This document shows positions 20,333 through 29,114 of a DNA stretch of 50,037 nt, piece by piece (the stretch's first letter is position 1; each line of letters begins with the position of its first letter). This DNA comes from Alphaproteobacteria bacterium. GTDB taxonomy: Bacteria; Pseudomonadota; Alphaproteobacteria; JACZXZ01. The stretch lies in contig DASPPM010000004.1 in assembly GCA_035625535.1 (NCBI GenBank), forward strand, positions 1 through 50,037, given 5' to 3'. Under the pieces are notes generated by a model, which saw only the letters and a program-made list of their open reading frames with translations, did no database searches and was not told the DNA's origin. A program made the position numbers and the translations under genes.

Positions 20333-21940
20333 TCAGGGCGTCATGACGTGGAGAACCTCGCCCTCGCGGCCATAGGCGATCCACCCGCCCTTATTGTCCT
20401 CGCCCTCGATGCGGACGGTGATCTCGAGCTGGTGGCTCAGGGGATCGATCACCTTGTTCTTGGAAAAAGTGACGCGATCGATCTTGGCCCCCGCGAGCTT
20501 CAGGCGCTCGAGCGTCCTGGCCTCGAGCTCGGCCACGCGGGCGAGGAGGGCATCGTCGAGTTCGTGCGCTTCGAAGAACCAATCGTCCTGGAAATTGTGC
20601 CAAAGCGCCATCGATGGCGCGGCGAGTGAGCGCTTGATCTCCCCCTCTCCATAGGAAAAGCCGCCAAGCGTCCCCGGCTTTCGCGGATCCTCCGCGGTGA
20701 TGTCGAGGCCACTCTCGCTGAACTCGAGCTGCATGATGCGCGCGTGCTCGCCGAATGTCTTGCGCAATGCCGCTGTGCCTTGGGCAATGGCTGCTGGATC
20801 GAGGTAGTTCGCCGGCGGCTGGCGACCGGGCGGCAGCCGGACCTGCTTCACCGTTCCGCCCGTGTCGAAGACGACCGAGCCCTTCTCGCTGCGCTCCTCG
20901 AGGGTGATCTCCCATTGCACGAAGGAGGCGCCGAAGTCGCGCCCAAGCTTGGCAAGCTCGATCGCGTAGATCGAGCCTTTGGGCATCTTGAGCCGCTCGC
21001 GGGCGGCGGCCTCCAACTTCGCGAGCCGCGACCAATCGACCTCGTTGATGCCGAATCGCTCGTAGTGTGGCATGCCCGGAGCCTTCGGATCGGGGATCCA
21101 TAACTCGCCCAAGGGCTGGGAGACGCCGTTCAGGTCGGCGTTGTACCAGCGCTCCTTCGTCGCGTCGTCGAGGTCCCGCGCAAGGAACCAGACGTAAGAG
21201 GCGGCGAAGCGGAATATCTTGATGCTCGGCTCCGTCCCCCACAGCCGGGCGACCTCGGCGACGGCATCCGCGAGCGGCTTGCCGCCGTCATACATGTTCA
21301 CCGTCTTGGCGCGCAGCGTGCCGTCGAGATTGACGCGCCGGATGTTGCCTTTCGCGTCGGCGGTCATGCTCGCCCGCTCGCGCGGGCTCCTGGCCTCGAC
21401 CGTCCAAGCCACGTCGCCGCTACGCGCCGTGGGGATGAGGATGAGCTGGCGCGCAATCCGCATACTGGCGATCTCGCCCGGATCCTCCAGGGCCGCGCGC
21501 TTGATCGCGGCTTGGGAAAGCCGAGTCGTTGCGGCGAAATCGACCTCGGCGAGATCGAAGAGATTCTCCTCGAGCCGCGGGTTAATCAGATTGAGCTCGA
21601 CCGGCGTCGGGCCGGAGGTGTCTTCCCAATTGACGAACCAGCCGCGGGCCAGCCCGCCGGTCAGCGAAACGCGCTCGTGAGAATAGGTCCATCTGTCGAT
21701 ATGCGTCGGCTGCGTCGGGTCCTGGGCCTCGATCGAGAAACTGTCGCGGCTGATCTCCACGTCGAGGGCGCGGATGGGGTGGCCGATCCTCTCCTTGAGC
21801 ACGTCGAGCGCGTGCTGGGCCTGCTCGCTCTCGAAGAAGGGTGGATCGGCATCACCGATGCGGCAGCCCACAAGCGCGAGTGCGGCGAAAAGGCAGCCCG
21901 CGCGCGCGAGGCGCGCGGGTCTGAAGCATGCTGCCGACAT
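20333..21940 (-). CDS. lipoprotein of unknown function with three ~165-aa internal repeats
   Basis: Signal peptide with lipobox (LFAALALVGC). Three repeats are detected by eye in the translation (see finding). Confidence 0.75.
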   Translation of the reverse strand: MSAACFRPARLARAGCLFAALALVGCRIGDADPPFFESEQAQHALDVLKERIGHPIRALDVEISRDSFSIEAQDPTQPTHIDRWTYSHERVSLTGGLARGWFVNWEDTSGPTPVELNLINPRLEENLFDLAEVDFAATTRLSQAAIKRAALEDPGEIASMRIARQLILIPTARSGDVAWTVEARSPRERASMTADAKGNIRRVNLDGTLRAKTVNMYDGGKPLADAVAEVARLWGTEPSIKIFRFAASYVWFLARDLDDATKERWYNADLNGVSQPLGELWIPDPKAPGMPHYERFGINEVDWSRLAKLEAAARERLKMPKGSIYAIELAKLGRDFGASFVQWEITLEERSEKGSVVFDTGGTVKQVRLPPGRQPPANYLDPAAIAQGTAALRKTFGEHARIMQLEFSESGLDITAEDPRKPGTLGGFSYGEGEIKRSLAAPSMALWHNFQDDWFFEAHELDDALLARVAELEARTLERLKLAGAKIDRVTFSKNKVIDPLSHQLEITVRIEGEDNKGGWIAYGREGEVLHVMTP

Positions 21941-22188
21941 AAAGCCCCCATCCGGAGAACGTGCATGCGCGCTCAGCGACGCGAGCCTACCGTCTCGCCG
22001 CGCGAAATGAAACGATTCCGTACCGGCGCTTCGGCCGCAGCATGACTAGGCTCAATCGGCATTCAGTTCGCCGTCACTGCGGAAGCTTAGGCGAGCCCCG
22101 GAAAAGCGCAGCGATTGCGGGTTGCGAGCCTTGTTATAGGGAACCGATCGTGAGGCCGAAGCAGACCTGGCCATGGATCCCCGATCGC

Positions 22189-22215
22189 GCAAATCCTTGT
22201 TGCACAAGGATTTGC
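22189..22215. other. perfect palindrome GCAAATCCTTGT-tgc-ACAAGGATTTGC
   Basis: 12-bp arms with a 3-nt spacer, comparatively AT-rich, in the non-coding gap between the lipoprotein and patatin genes. Read directly. Confidence 0.6.
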
Positions 22216-22602
22216 TTGTCCGAATGGCGAAGCCGAGAAGGAATGGCGATCCGTCTTAGTTCTCCGAGCCGCCGAGCTCGCCACAGCTCCTCCGCTCGCC
22301 GCACATCGGCCGCTCGAGGCGCTCGAGACCGGCGTCCGCCGCCCGCACGGCCGATCCTCCGGCAAATGCAGCCGCAATGAGCACGAAGACGCCCGCAATG
22401 ATGGGAAATGATCGCGCGCTTGCCTCGGAGCACGGGGATCGTCTTGACGAAGAATCGAGAGCTCTTCTGCCATTGTCGAACCGCCAGGCTGCCGGCCCGC
22501 ACAATATTCCTCGCGGCGCGCGAGAGCGAGGGGACGCGACAATTCCTCGGCAAAGTCCTCCCCGTCCGGGAGGCCGGCGCGGCCGGCGATGGGCGCGCGT
22601 GC

Positions 22603-23541
22603 CTATTTCCCGAGCTCGAGTCGCTGGAACGCCTCCTCGAGATGCGGGATGGCCCGCTCGACCGCCTCCTCGCCCGCCCGGATGATCTCGCTCGCGCGAT
22701 CGAACTGCAGGACGCCGATCGCGCCAAGCCTGGGTATGATCGTCACGTCGGGCGGATCGCTTGCGAGCCGCGAGCGGCTGACGCGGTCCTGGACGATCTG
22801 CAGCGAGCGCGCCATGACATTGAGCATGCTCGGCTCGTCGGTGCGGTGGCTGAAAAGCTGGCGGGCGAGCTCCGCGCCGGGGAGGTTCCGGATCCGCCTC
22901 ACGATCGCGCGCTCGTCGGCGGCCTCGATCTCGCGCGCGGCGCGCAGCCTGGCCGTCCCGAAGGTGTCCGCATTCACGTTCACGGCGATGACGAGGTGCG
23001 CGCCGAGCGCGCGGCACATCGAGACCGGGATCGGGTTGACGAGCGCGCCGTCGATGAGCCAGCGGCCCTCGAGCCTGACGGCCGGGAAGACGCCGGGCAG
23101 CGCATATGAGGCGCGGATGGCGTCCATGAGATTGCCCTCTTGCAGCCAGACCTCGTGCCCGGTCTCGAGGTCGGTCGAGACGCAAGCGAACGGCAGGGGC
23201 AAATTTTCGATCGTTAGGTCGTGGAGCTCTTCATTGAAGACCTGCATGATGCGGCGTCCGGCGATCAGGCCGCCGCGACCGATCTGGAAGTCCAGCAGGC
23301 GAGTGACGCGGAGCCTGTTGAGCCTGCGCGCCCATGCCTCCAGCCCCTCGAGCCGGCCGGCGACATAGACCCCGCCGATGAGCGCGCCGATCGAGGTGCC
23401 GCAGACGATATCGGGCTTGATGCCGACGCGCTCGAGCGCGTTGAGGACGCCGATGTGCGCCCAGCCGCGCGCGACGCCGCTGCCGAGTGCTATGCCGACC
23501 GAGAGCTCGGAATTGCGCTTCAGTTTCACGCCGCCTGCCAA
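22603..23541 (-). CDS. patatin-like phospholipase (RssA-like)
   Basis: Oxyanion motif GSGVARG, nucleophile elbow GTSIG, catalytic Asp motif DGAL. The track start at 23541 is TTG; the GTG at 23529 is an alternative. Confidence 0.88.
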   Translation of the reverse strand: MAGGVKLKRNSELSVGIALGSGVARGWAHIGVLNALERVGIKPDIVCGTSIGALIGGVYVAGRLEGLEAWARRLNRLRVTRLLDFQIGRGGLIAGRRIMQVFNEELHDLTIENLPLPFACVSTDLETGHEVWLQEGNLMDAIRASYALPGVFPAVRLEGRWLIDGALVNPIPVSMCRALGAHLVIAVNVNADTFGTARLRAAREIEAADERAIVRRIRNLPGAELARQLFSHRTDEPSMLNVMARSLQIVQDRVSRSRLASDPPDVTIIPRLGAIGVLQFDRASEIIRAGEEAVERAIPHLEEAFQRLELGK

Positions 23542-23851
23542 TTATGGGCCCTCGCCGATTGACGGCCGCGCCGCAGCGCCGCGCCCTTGCACGACCGTGG
23601 AGAGCGTCAAGAAGACCAGTCCGCGCGGCGGGCGGCAAGGGCTTTGCTGCGCTCACCTTGGTCCCTTTGCGCGCGCGGCGCGAAGAGGCATTGGGCCGCT
23701 CGGGCTCGGTCGACGCCGGCGAGGAAATTATCGAGTGTTTTCAAGCGAATTCAACGATGATCCCCGGAGCGACCGCGGCGACGATCGCGCTTGCGGTCGT
23801 GCGGGCGAGGCGCCATGATCGCGCGCGGACGGCAGAGGAGGGGGAGAGGCG

Positions 23852-24643
23852 ATGAGGCCCAACAACCTGCGCACGATCTGGAACAAGGGCGGTGCGGTCG
23901 TCAACGGCTGGCTCGGCATTCCGAACAGCTTTTCCGCCGAGGTCATGGCGACGCTCGGATGGGATTCGCTCGTCATCGACCTGCAGCACGGTCTCGTCGA
24001 CTACCAGACCTCGGTCTTGATGATGCAGGCGATCTCGACGACCAGCGTCACGCCGCTCGTGCGCGTGCCGTGGAACGACCCGGCCATCATCATGAAGTGT
24101 CTCGACGCCGGCGCCTACGGCGTCATATGTCCGATGATCAACGACCGCGAGGAGGCCGAGCGCTTCGTGGGCGCCTGCCGCTATCCGCCCCGCGGGTACC
24201 GCAGCGCGGGCCCGATCCGCGGCCTCATCTATGGCGGCAGCGACTATCAAAGCAAGTCCGACGAGACGATCGTCGCCTTGGCCATGATCGAGACCGCGGA
24301 CGGGGTCAAGCATCTGGACGAGATTTGCAGCACGCCGGGACTCGACGCACTTTACATCGGGCCCAACGACCTCTCGCTTTCCCACGGCGGCAAGGGCGGC
24401 CTGGATCAGACCGATGCGAAGATCGTGGCCCTCATCGACCGCATCCTGGCCACGAGCAAGCGCCACAAGATCAAGGCCGGCATCCACACGGGAAGCGTGG
24501 CTTATGCCAAGGCGATGATCGCGAAAGGCTTCGATCTCGTGACGGTGTTGAGCGACAACCGCATCCTCGCGCAATTCGGCAAGGAGGTGGTGGCCCAAAT
24601 GCGCGGCGAGGGCGGCAAGGCGGGACCAGGCGGCGTCTATTGA
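23852..24643 (+). CDS. HpcH/HpaI-family aldolase
   Basis: ...NGWLGIPNSFSAEVMATLGWDSLVIDLQHG...PLVRVPWNDP...IETADGVKHLDEI...LYIGPNDLS is the family pattern. A GGGGAGAGG RBS precedes the start. Confidence 0.82.
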   Translation: MRPNNLRTIWNKGGAVVNGWLGIPNSFSAEVMATLGWDSLVIDLQHGLVDYQTSVLMMQAISTTSVTPLVRVPWNDPAIIMKCLDAGAYGVICPMINDREEAERFVGACRYPPRGYRSAGPIRGLIYGGSDYQSKSDETIVALAMIETADGVKHLDEICSTPGLDALYIGPNDLSLSHGGKGGLDQTDAKIVALIDRILATSKRHKIKAGIHTGSVAYAKAMIAKGFDLVTVLSDNRILAQFGKEVVAQMRGEGGKAGPGGVY

Positions 24644-24697
24644 GGCCATGCCGCCGCGTGCGGTGCGGCGGGCCAGGGCAATCAAGGAGCGGCTTTC

Positions 24698-25513
24698 ATG
24701 AGTATCGCATTCGACGCGCGAGCGACGCAGGCTTCCGACGTCTCGGCCGCGGCGGTACGCGCGCGCATCCGGCGCGGCGAGTACCGCGGCCAGACCTCGG
24801 GCCTGGCACCCGGCATGGTGCAGGGCAATGTCGCGATCCTGCCGGCCGACTGGGCCGACGAGTTCCTGCGCTTCTGCCTGCAAAATCCCAAGCCCTGCCC
24901 CGTTCTCGCCGTGGGCAAGCCGGGTGACCCAATGTTGCCCACGCTCGGCAGCGACATCGACATCCGCACCGACGTGCCGCGCTATCGCGTCTTCCGCGAC
25001 GGCAAAGAGGTCGACAGCCCGACCGATCTCCTGAAGTGGTGGCGCGACGATCTGGTTGCCTTCGTGCTCGGCTGCTCGTTCTCCTTCGAGCAGGCACTCT
25101 TGGACGCGGGTCTCAGCCTGCGTCACCTCGAGCAAGGCGTCACGGTATCGATGTTCCGCACCAGCCTCGAGACGGAGCGCACCGAGCGCTTCCACGGCAA
25201 GCTGGTGGTCTCCATGCGGCCCTTCACCCCGGCCGAGGCGATCCGCGCCGTGCAGATCACCTCGCGCTTCCCAAACGTGCACGGCGCGCCCGTGCATTTG
25301 GGCCTGCCGGAGATGATCGGCATCAAGGACATCGCCAAGCCGGATTACGGCGACGCGGTCGCGGTGGGCGAGGACGAGCTGCCGGTCTTCTGGGCCTGCG
25401 GCGTGACGCCGCAATCGGTGATCGCGACGGCCAAGCCGCCCTTCTCCATTTCCCACTATCCCTCGCACATGCTGATCACCGATCTCTTGAACGCCAAGCT
25501 CGCGGCACTGTGA
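24698..25513 (+). CDS. putative hydro-lyase, DUF1445/UPF0317 (YcsI-like)
   Basis: ...[24 protein letters not shown]...[15 protein letters not shown]...LGCSFSFE...HGAPVHLG...[10 protein letters not shown] matches my memory of this family. An AAGGAG RBS precedes the start. Confidence 0.72.
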   Translation: MSIAFDARATQASDVSAAAVRARIRRGEYRGQTSGLAPGMVQGNVAILPADWADEFLRFCLQNPKPCPVLAVGKPGDPMLPTLGSDIDIRTDVPRYRVFRDGKEVDSPTDLLKWWRDDLVAFVLGCSFSFEQALLDAGLSLRHLEQGVTVSMFRTSLETERTERFHGKLVVSMRPFTPAEAIRAVQITSRFPNVHGAPVHLGLPEMIGIKDIAKPDYGDAVAVGEDELPVFWACGVTPQSVIATAKPPFSISHYPSHMLITDLLNAKLAAL

Positions 25514-25573
25514 GGCGGACGGGCGCGGGCGCAGTCCGCGCGCGGAGGCGCGCTCGCGGCACGCTATTCCGGT

Positions 25574-26398
25574 TCAGTTGGCGGCGGGAACGAGCCGGGC
25601 CGAGGTGGGGCGCGCCAGGCTTAGGAAATAGACCGAGCAGCTCAAGAGGACGATCCAGAAGCTCGGTGGCCAGTCGGTGACATAGGCAAGCGCGATGCCG
25701 AGCCAGGTCTCGCCGAGGCCGAGGAGGGCTGCGAGCGCCACCCCGCGGCCGAGACGCGAGGTGAGACGAAGGGCCGCGGCGGCCGGGCCTACCATGAGCG
25801 CAAAGACGAGAAGGACGCCCACGACCTGGGCGGCCTCGGCGACGGCCACGGCGACGATGATGAGAAAGAGCACGGAGACGAGGCGCAGCGAGACGCCTTT
25901 GGCCTCGGCGAGTTCGGGCTCCAGGGTGGCGAAGAGCAGCGGCCGCGAGATGGCCGCCAGGCCCGCGAGGCTGAGCGCGCCGAGGGCGACCATGTCCCAC
26001 AGCATGTCGGCGCTCACGCCGAGCAGGTTGCCGAAGAGGAGTGCCGTCGCCTGGGTCGCGTGGGTGGTGTAGAGGTAGAGGAACAGCACGCCCAGGCCGA
26101 GCGCCAGCGTGAGGATGATGCCGACGGCAGTGTCGCGGCCGCGCACGCGCTCGCCGAGCAGGCCCATCACGATCCCCGCCGCGAGCGTGAAGGCGAGCAG
26201 CCCCCAGAAGGGCGCCAGTCCGATGAGCACCGAGCCCGTGGCACCCGCGAAGCCGACGTGGGACAGCGCGTGACCCGCGAACGCGAGGTTGCGCATCACC
26301 AGGAAGAATCCCACCGCACCCGCGACCACGGCCACGACACCGCCGGCCGCAAACGCGGTGCGCATGAAGTCGTACTCAAACATCGTGGAGATGAGCAT
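25574..26398 (-). CDS. znuB: metal (zinc) ABC transporter permease, ABC-3 family
   Basis: Polytopic ABC-3-type permease (FEYDFMRTAF...). Last gene of the znuA-C-B operon behind a Zur box. Start is ambiguous (26416, 26398 or 26383); all three overlap the znuC end. Confidence 0.8.
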   Translation of the reverse strand: MLISTMFEYDFMRTAFAAGGVVAVVAGAVGFFLVMRNLAFAGHALSHVGFAGATGSVLIGLAPFWGLLAFTLAAGIVMGLLGERVRGRDTAVGIILTLALGLGVLFLYLYTTHATQATALLFGNLLGVSADMLWDMVALGALSLAGLAAISRPLLFATLEPELAEAKGVSLRLVSVLFLIIVAVAVAEAAQVVGVLLVFALMVGPAAAALRLTSRLGRGVALAALLGLGETWLGIALAYVTDWPPSFWIVLLSCSVYFLSLARPTSARLVPAAN

Positions 26399-27164
26399 GG
26401 GTCTCGACCGGGCCATGTCCCGACACGACGAGGATGCGGTCCTTCACATGGAGGACTTCGATCGGCGTGCCGTAGAGCCGGGAAAGCACCTCCCCGTTGA
26501 TCACCTCCTCGACCGTGCCGAGCGCGGCATGGCCGTGGCCCAGATAGAGCACGCGGTCCATGACGCCGAGTAGGGGGTTGATGTCGTGGGCGGTGAACAG
26601 CACCGTGATGCCAAGGCTCGACTGAATCCGCTTCACCAGCTCGACCACCGCCTGCTGGAAATGGGGGTCGAGGCTGATGAGCGGCTCGTCGAGCAGGAGG
26701 AGCTTCGGCTTGCCGAGGAGCGACTGGGCCAGAAGGAGGCGCTGCAGCTCGCCGCCAGAGAGCTCAGAGAGCGGCCGCTCGGCGATTGCGGCGGCGCCGA
26801 CGAGCTCGACCGCGGCATGGACCTCGCGCCGCCCGGCCGCACCGAGGAGCGGCAGGCCCCAGCGCTCGCCATGGCAGGCGCTCGCCACGAAATCCCACCC
26901 GCGGAGCCGCAGGTCCGCGACCGGGCTACGCTGCTGCGGCAGGTAGCCCGCGGCGGCAGTGCCGCGCCCCGCCACCTCGCCGAAGATTTTGAGCATGCCG
27001 CGCGACGGCCGAATCAGGCCGAGGATGGCCAGGAGCAGCGTGGTCTTGCCGGAGCCGTTGGGGCCGAAGACCCCGACGAACTCTCCCTCTGCAATGGCGA
27101 AGCTCACCTCCGCGAGCACATTGCGCCCGCCGCGCGCGAGCGTGACGCGATCGAGCTCGATCAC
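26376..27164 (-). CDS. znuC: metal (zinc) ABC transporter ATP-binding protein
   Basis: GPNGSGKTT, LSGGELQRLLLAQSL, LLLDEP. I prefer the GTG at 27164, just after the znuA stop; the ORF is open to 27224. Confidence 0.85.
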   Translation of the reverse strand: MIELDRVTLARGGRNVLAEVSFAIAEGEFVGVFGPNGSGKTTLLLAILGLIRPSRGMLKIFGEVAGRGTAAAGYLPQQRSPVADLRLRGWDFVASACHGERWGLPLLGAAGRREVHAAVELVGAAAIAERPLSELSGGELQRLLLAQSLLGKPKLLLLDEPLISLDPHFQQAVVELVKRIQSSLGITVLFTAHDINPLLGVMDRVLYLGHGHAALGTVEEVINGEVLSRLYGTPIEVLHVKDRILVVSGHGPVETHAHLHDV

Positions 27165-27172
27165 TCGCGCGG

Positions 27173-28036
27173 CTACTTGGCCGCGAGCGCCTGGTCGAGA
27201 GCATCGAGCTGCGACATCATCCATTCCTGGTAGCTCTTTCCCGGCGGCTCCGTCTCGGTGACGCCCACGATCGGCACGCCCGCCTCTTTCGCGATGCCGC
27301 GCATGCGCTCGGTCAAGGCCTCGCTCGTCTGGCTGTTGTAGAAGAGAACCTTGACGGTCCGCGTGCGCAAGTCCTTTTCGAAGGCGGCGATCTCGCCGGC
27401 GCTGGGCTCGGTGTCGTTCATGACCGCGAGCTGGAAGCGGTCGTTGCGCATCTTGAGGCCGAGCGCATCGGCCATGTAGCCGAACACGGGCTCGGTCGCC
27501 GTCACCACCGTTCCGGCGTACTTGCGGTGGAGCTCGGAGACCCTGGCGTCCATCCGCTTCATCGTCTCTGCGAAGAGTGCCAGGCGCTTGGCGTAGTCCT
27601 TGCTGTGGGAGGGATCGAGCCCCGACAATGTGTCGGCGAGATGCTTGGCGAGCGCCGGCATCGTCGGCGGGTCGTACCAGATGTGCGGATTGTCTCCGGC
27701 CTTGCGATGGACAAGCTTGGCGACATCGATGACCTGGCGGCCCGGGGCTTTCGAGGCAGCCAGCAGTTTCCCGGCCCAGGTGTCGTAGCCGGCTCCGCTG
27801 TAGATGACGAGCTTGGCATCGGCAAGCTGGCGGGCCGTCGACGGGTTGGCCTCGAAGAGATGCGGGTCCTCATCCGGATTGGTCAGAATGCTCGTGACGT
27901 GCACCTCCGGGCCGCCGATTTGCTCCGCCACGTCGCCGTAGAAGTTCTCGGCCGCCACGATGTCGATCGCTCCGGCATGGGCCCAAGCCGCGCCGAGCGC
28001 CCAGCCGACGAATGCAGCGATGAGGAAGTGACGCAT
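27173..28036 (-). CDS. znuA: metal (zinc) ABC transporter substrate-binding protein (TroA/ZnuA cluster 9)
   Basis: Signal peptide MRHFLIAAFVGWALGAAWAHA, then ...ENFYGDVAEQIGG...NPDEDPHLFEA... typical of ZnuA/PsaA-type binding proteins. A Zur box lies 73 nt upstream. Confidence 0.82.
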   Translation of the reverse strand: MRHFLIAAFVGWALGAAWAHAGAIDIVAAENFYGDVAEQIGGPEVHVTSILTNPDEDPHLFEANPSTARQLADAKLVIYSGAGYDTWAGKLLAASKAPGRQVIDVAKLVHRKAGDNPHIWYDPPTMPALAKHLADTLSGLDPSHSKDYAKRLALFAETMKRMDARVSELHRKYAGTVVTATEPVFGYMADALGLKMRNDRFQLAVMNDTEPSAGEIAAFEKDLRTRTVKVLFYNSQTSEALTERMRGIAKEAGVPIVGVTETEPPGKSYQEWMMSQLDALDQALAAK

Positions 28037-28108
28037 GGCTCCACGCCTCGAAGGATCGCCCCGCAAACCCGCCCCGTCCGCTCCTCGCGTCTGCCGGGTC
28101 CGCCCTAC

Positions 28109-28125
28109 ATGTTATATTATAACAT
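28109..28125. promoter_or_regulatory. Zur box ATGTTATA-T-TATAACAT
   Basis: Perfect 17-bp palindrome 73 nt upstream of the znuA ATG. It is identical to the core of the proteobacterial Zur consensus as I recall it (GAAATGTTATANTATAACATTTC). Confidence 0.8.
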
Positions 28126-28341
28126 ACCATCGCGCGCAACGGCGATCACGGAGCACCCCGGCACCTCGTGTTCCGGGCCGTCCAGTCGCTGCCGAGGGGG
28201 ATCGCCGCCAAGACGGCATGGGGCTCTGTCAACGCGCGTGCTCGAGGCGTCCGGCGTCGCGCGCCGCCTCGGATCTCATTGCGGGGTCTCGCCCTCGCGA
28301 GCCGCCGCAAGGCGAGCCGCGCAAGTCGGTACTGACCGGGC

Positions 28342-28770
28342 TCAGGCCCTCTTGCGTCGGCCGCTCTTGCGTCGGTTGCGCGTGCCGAGGCCGATCTCCT
28401 TGGCGAGCGCCGAGCGCGTCTCGGCGTAGCTCGGAGCGACGACCGGATAGCTCGGCGACAGGCCCCATTTGGATCGATAGTCGGCAAGGCTCATCTGATG
28501 GGCCGAGCCCATATGGCGCTTGAGCATCTTGAGGTGCATGCCGCACTCGAGGCAAACGAGGTAGTTCCGCGTGACCGACTTCTTGATCGGCACATGGGGC
28601 TCGGCCTTACCGGCGGCCGTCTGCTCCTCGCCAAGACCCCGGAAGCAGTCGTGGACTTGGCGTATGACGGCAGGCAAATCGGCGGAGTCGAGCCGGTTAT
28701 TGGAGACATATGCCCGGACGACGTTGACGGTCGCCTCCATCAACTGCTCGGGGGTTGCATGATTGGTCAT
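28342..28770 (-). CDS. mucR: Ros/MucR-family zinc-finger transcriptional regulator
   Basis: ...VVRAYVSNNRL...PIKKSVTRNYLVCLECGMHLKMLKRHMGSAHQMSLADYRSKWGLSPSYPVVAPSYAETRSALAKEIGLG is unmistakably the Ros/MucR domain. Start at ATG 28770 (AGGA 9 nt upstream) or 28779. Confidence 0.92.
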   Translation of the reverse strand: MTNHATPEQLMEATVNVVRAYVSNNRLDSADLPAVIRQVHDCFRGLGEEQTAAGKAEPHVPIKKSVTRNYLVCLECGMHLKMLKRHMGSAHQMSLADYRSKWGLSPSYPVVAPSYAETRSALAKEIGLGTRNRRKSGRRKRA

Positions 28771-29114
28771 CGTTTCCATTCCTGCGGGGGTGAAATCCTG
28801 GGCCTTGGCCGCCCTCAAGACAGTAAGTCCATAGTCAATACATAATTCCACGCGAAATCAAGGGAGATTTATTTAGGATTCTTTCGCTCATTTTGCATGG
28901 CCTCTTGCGTCGTGGGGGAGTATTGCTAGCCAAAGGCGAAAAATCTGCCCATTGCTCGACGGCGGGCGCTGCCGGAAGGAGGCCGGTGTGGCGCAGGCGG
29001 AGCGCTTATGCGACTGTGAGCCCCTGGTGCCATTGCCGAGCCCGACGCCGCGCCGCGTGCGCGTTCGGCCCAAGCGTCCGACCCAACCGAATGCCCGACC
29101 GCAGAAGGTGTGAA

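Noticed and set aside
23741-25468. 575-aa minus-strand ORF, and the 378-aa plus-strand ORF at 23791..24927
   Set aside because: They overlap the HpcH aldolase and DUF1445 genes antisense or out of frame. R/A/G/D-rich junk translations.
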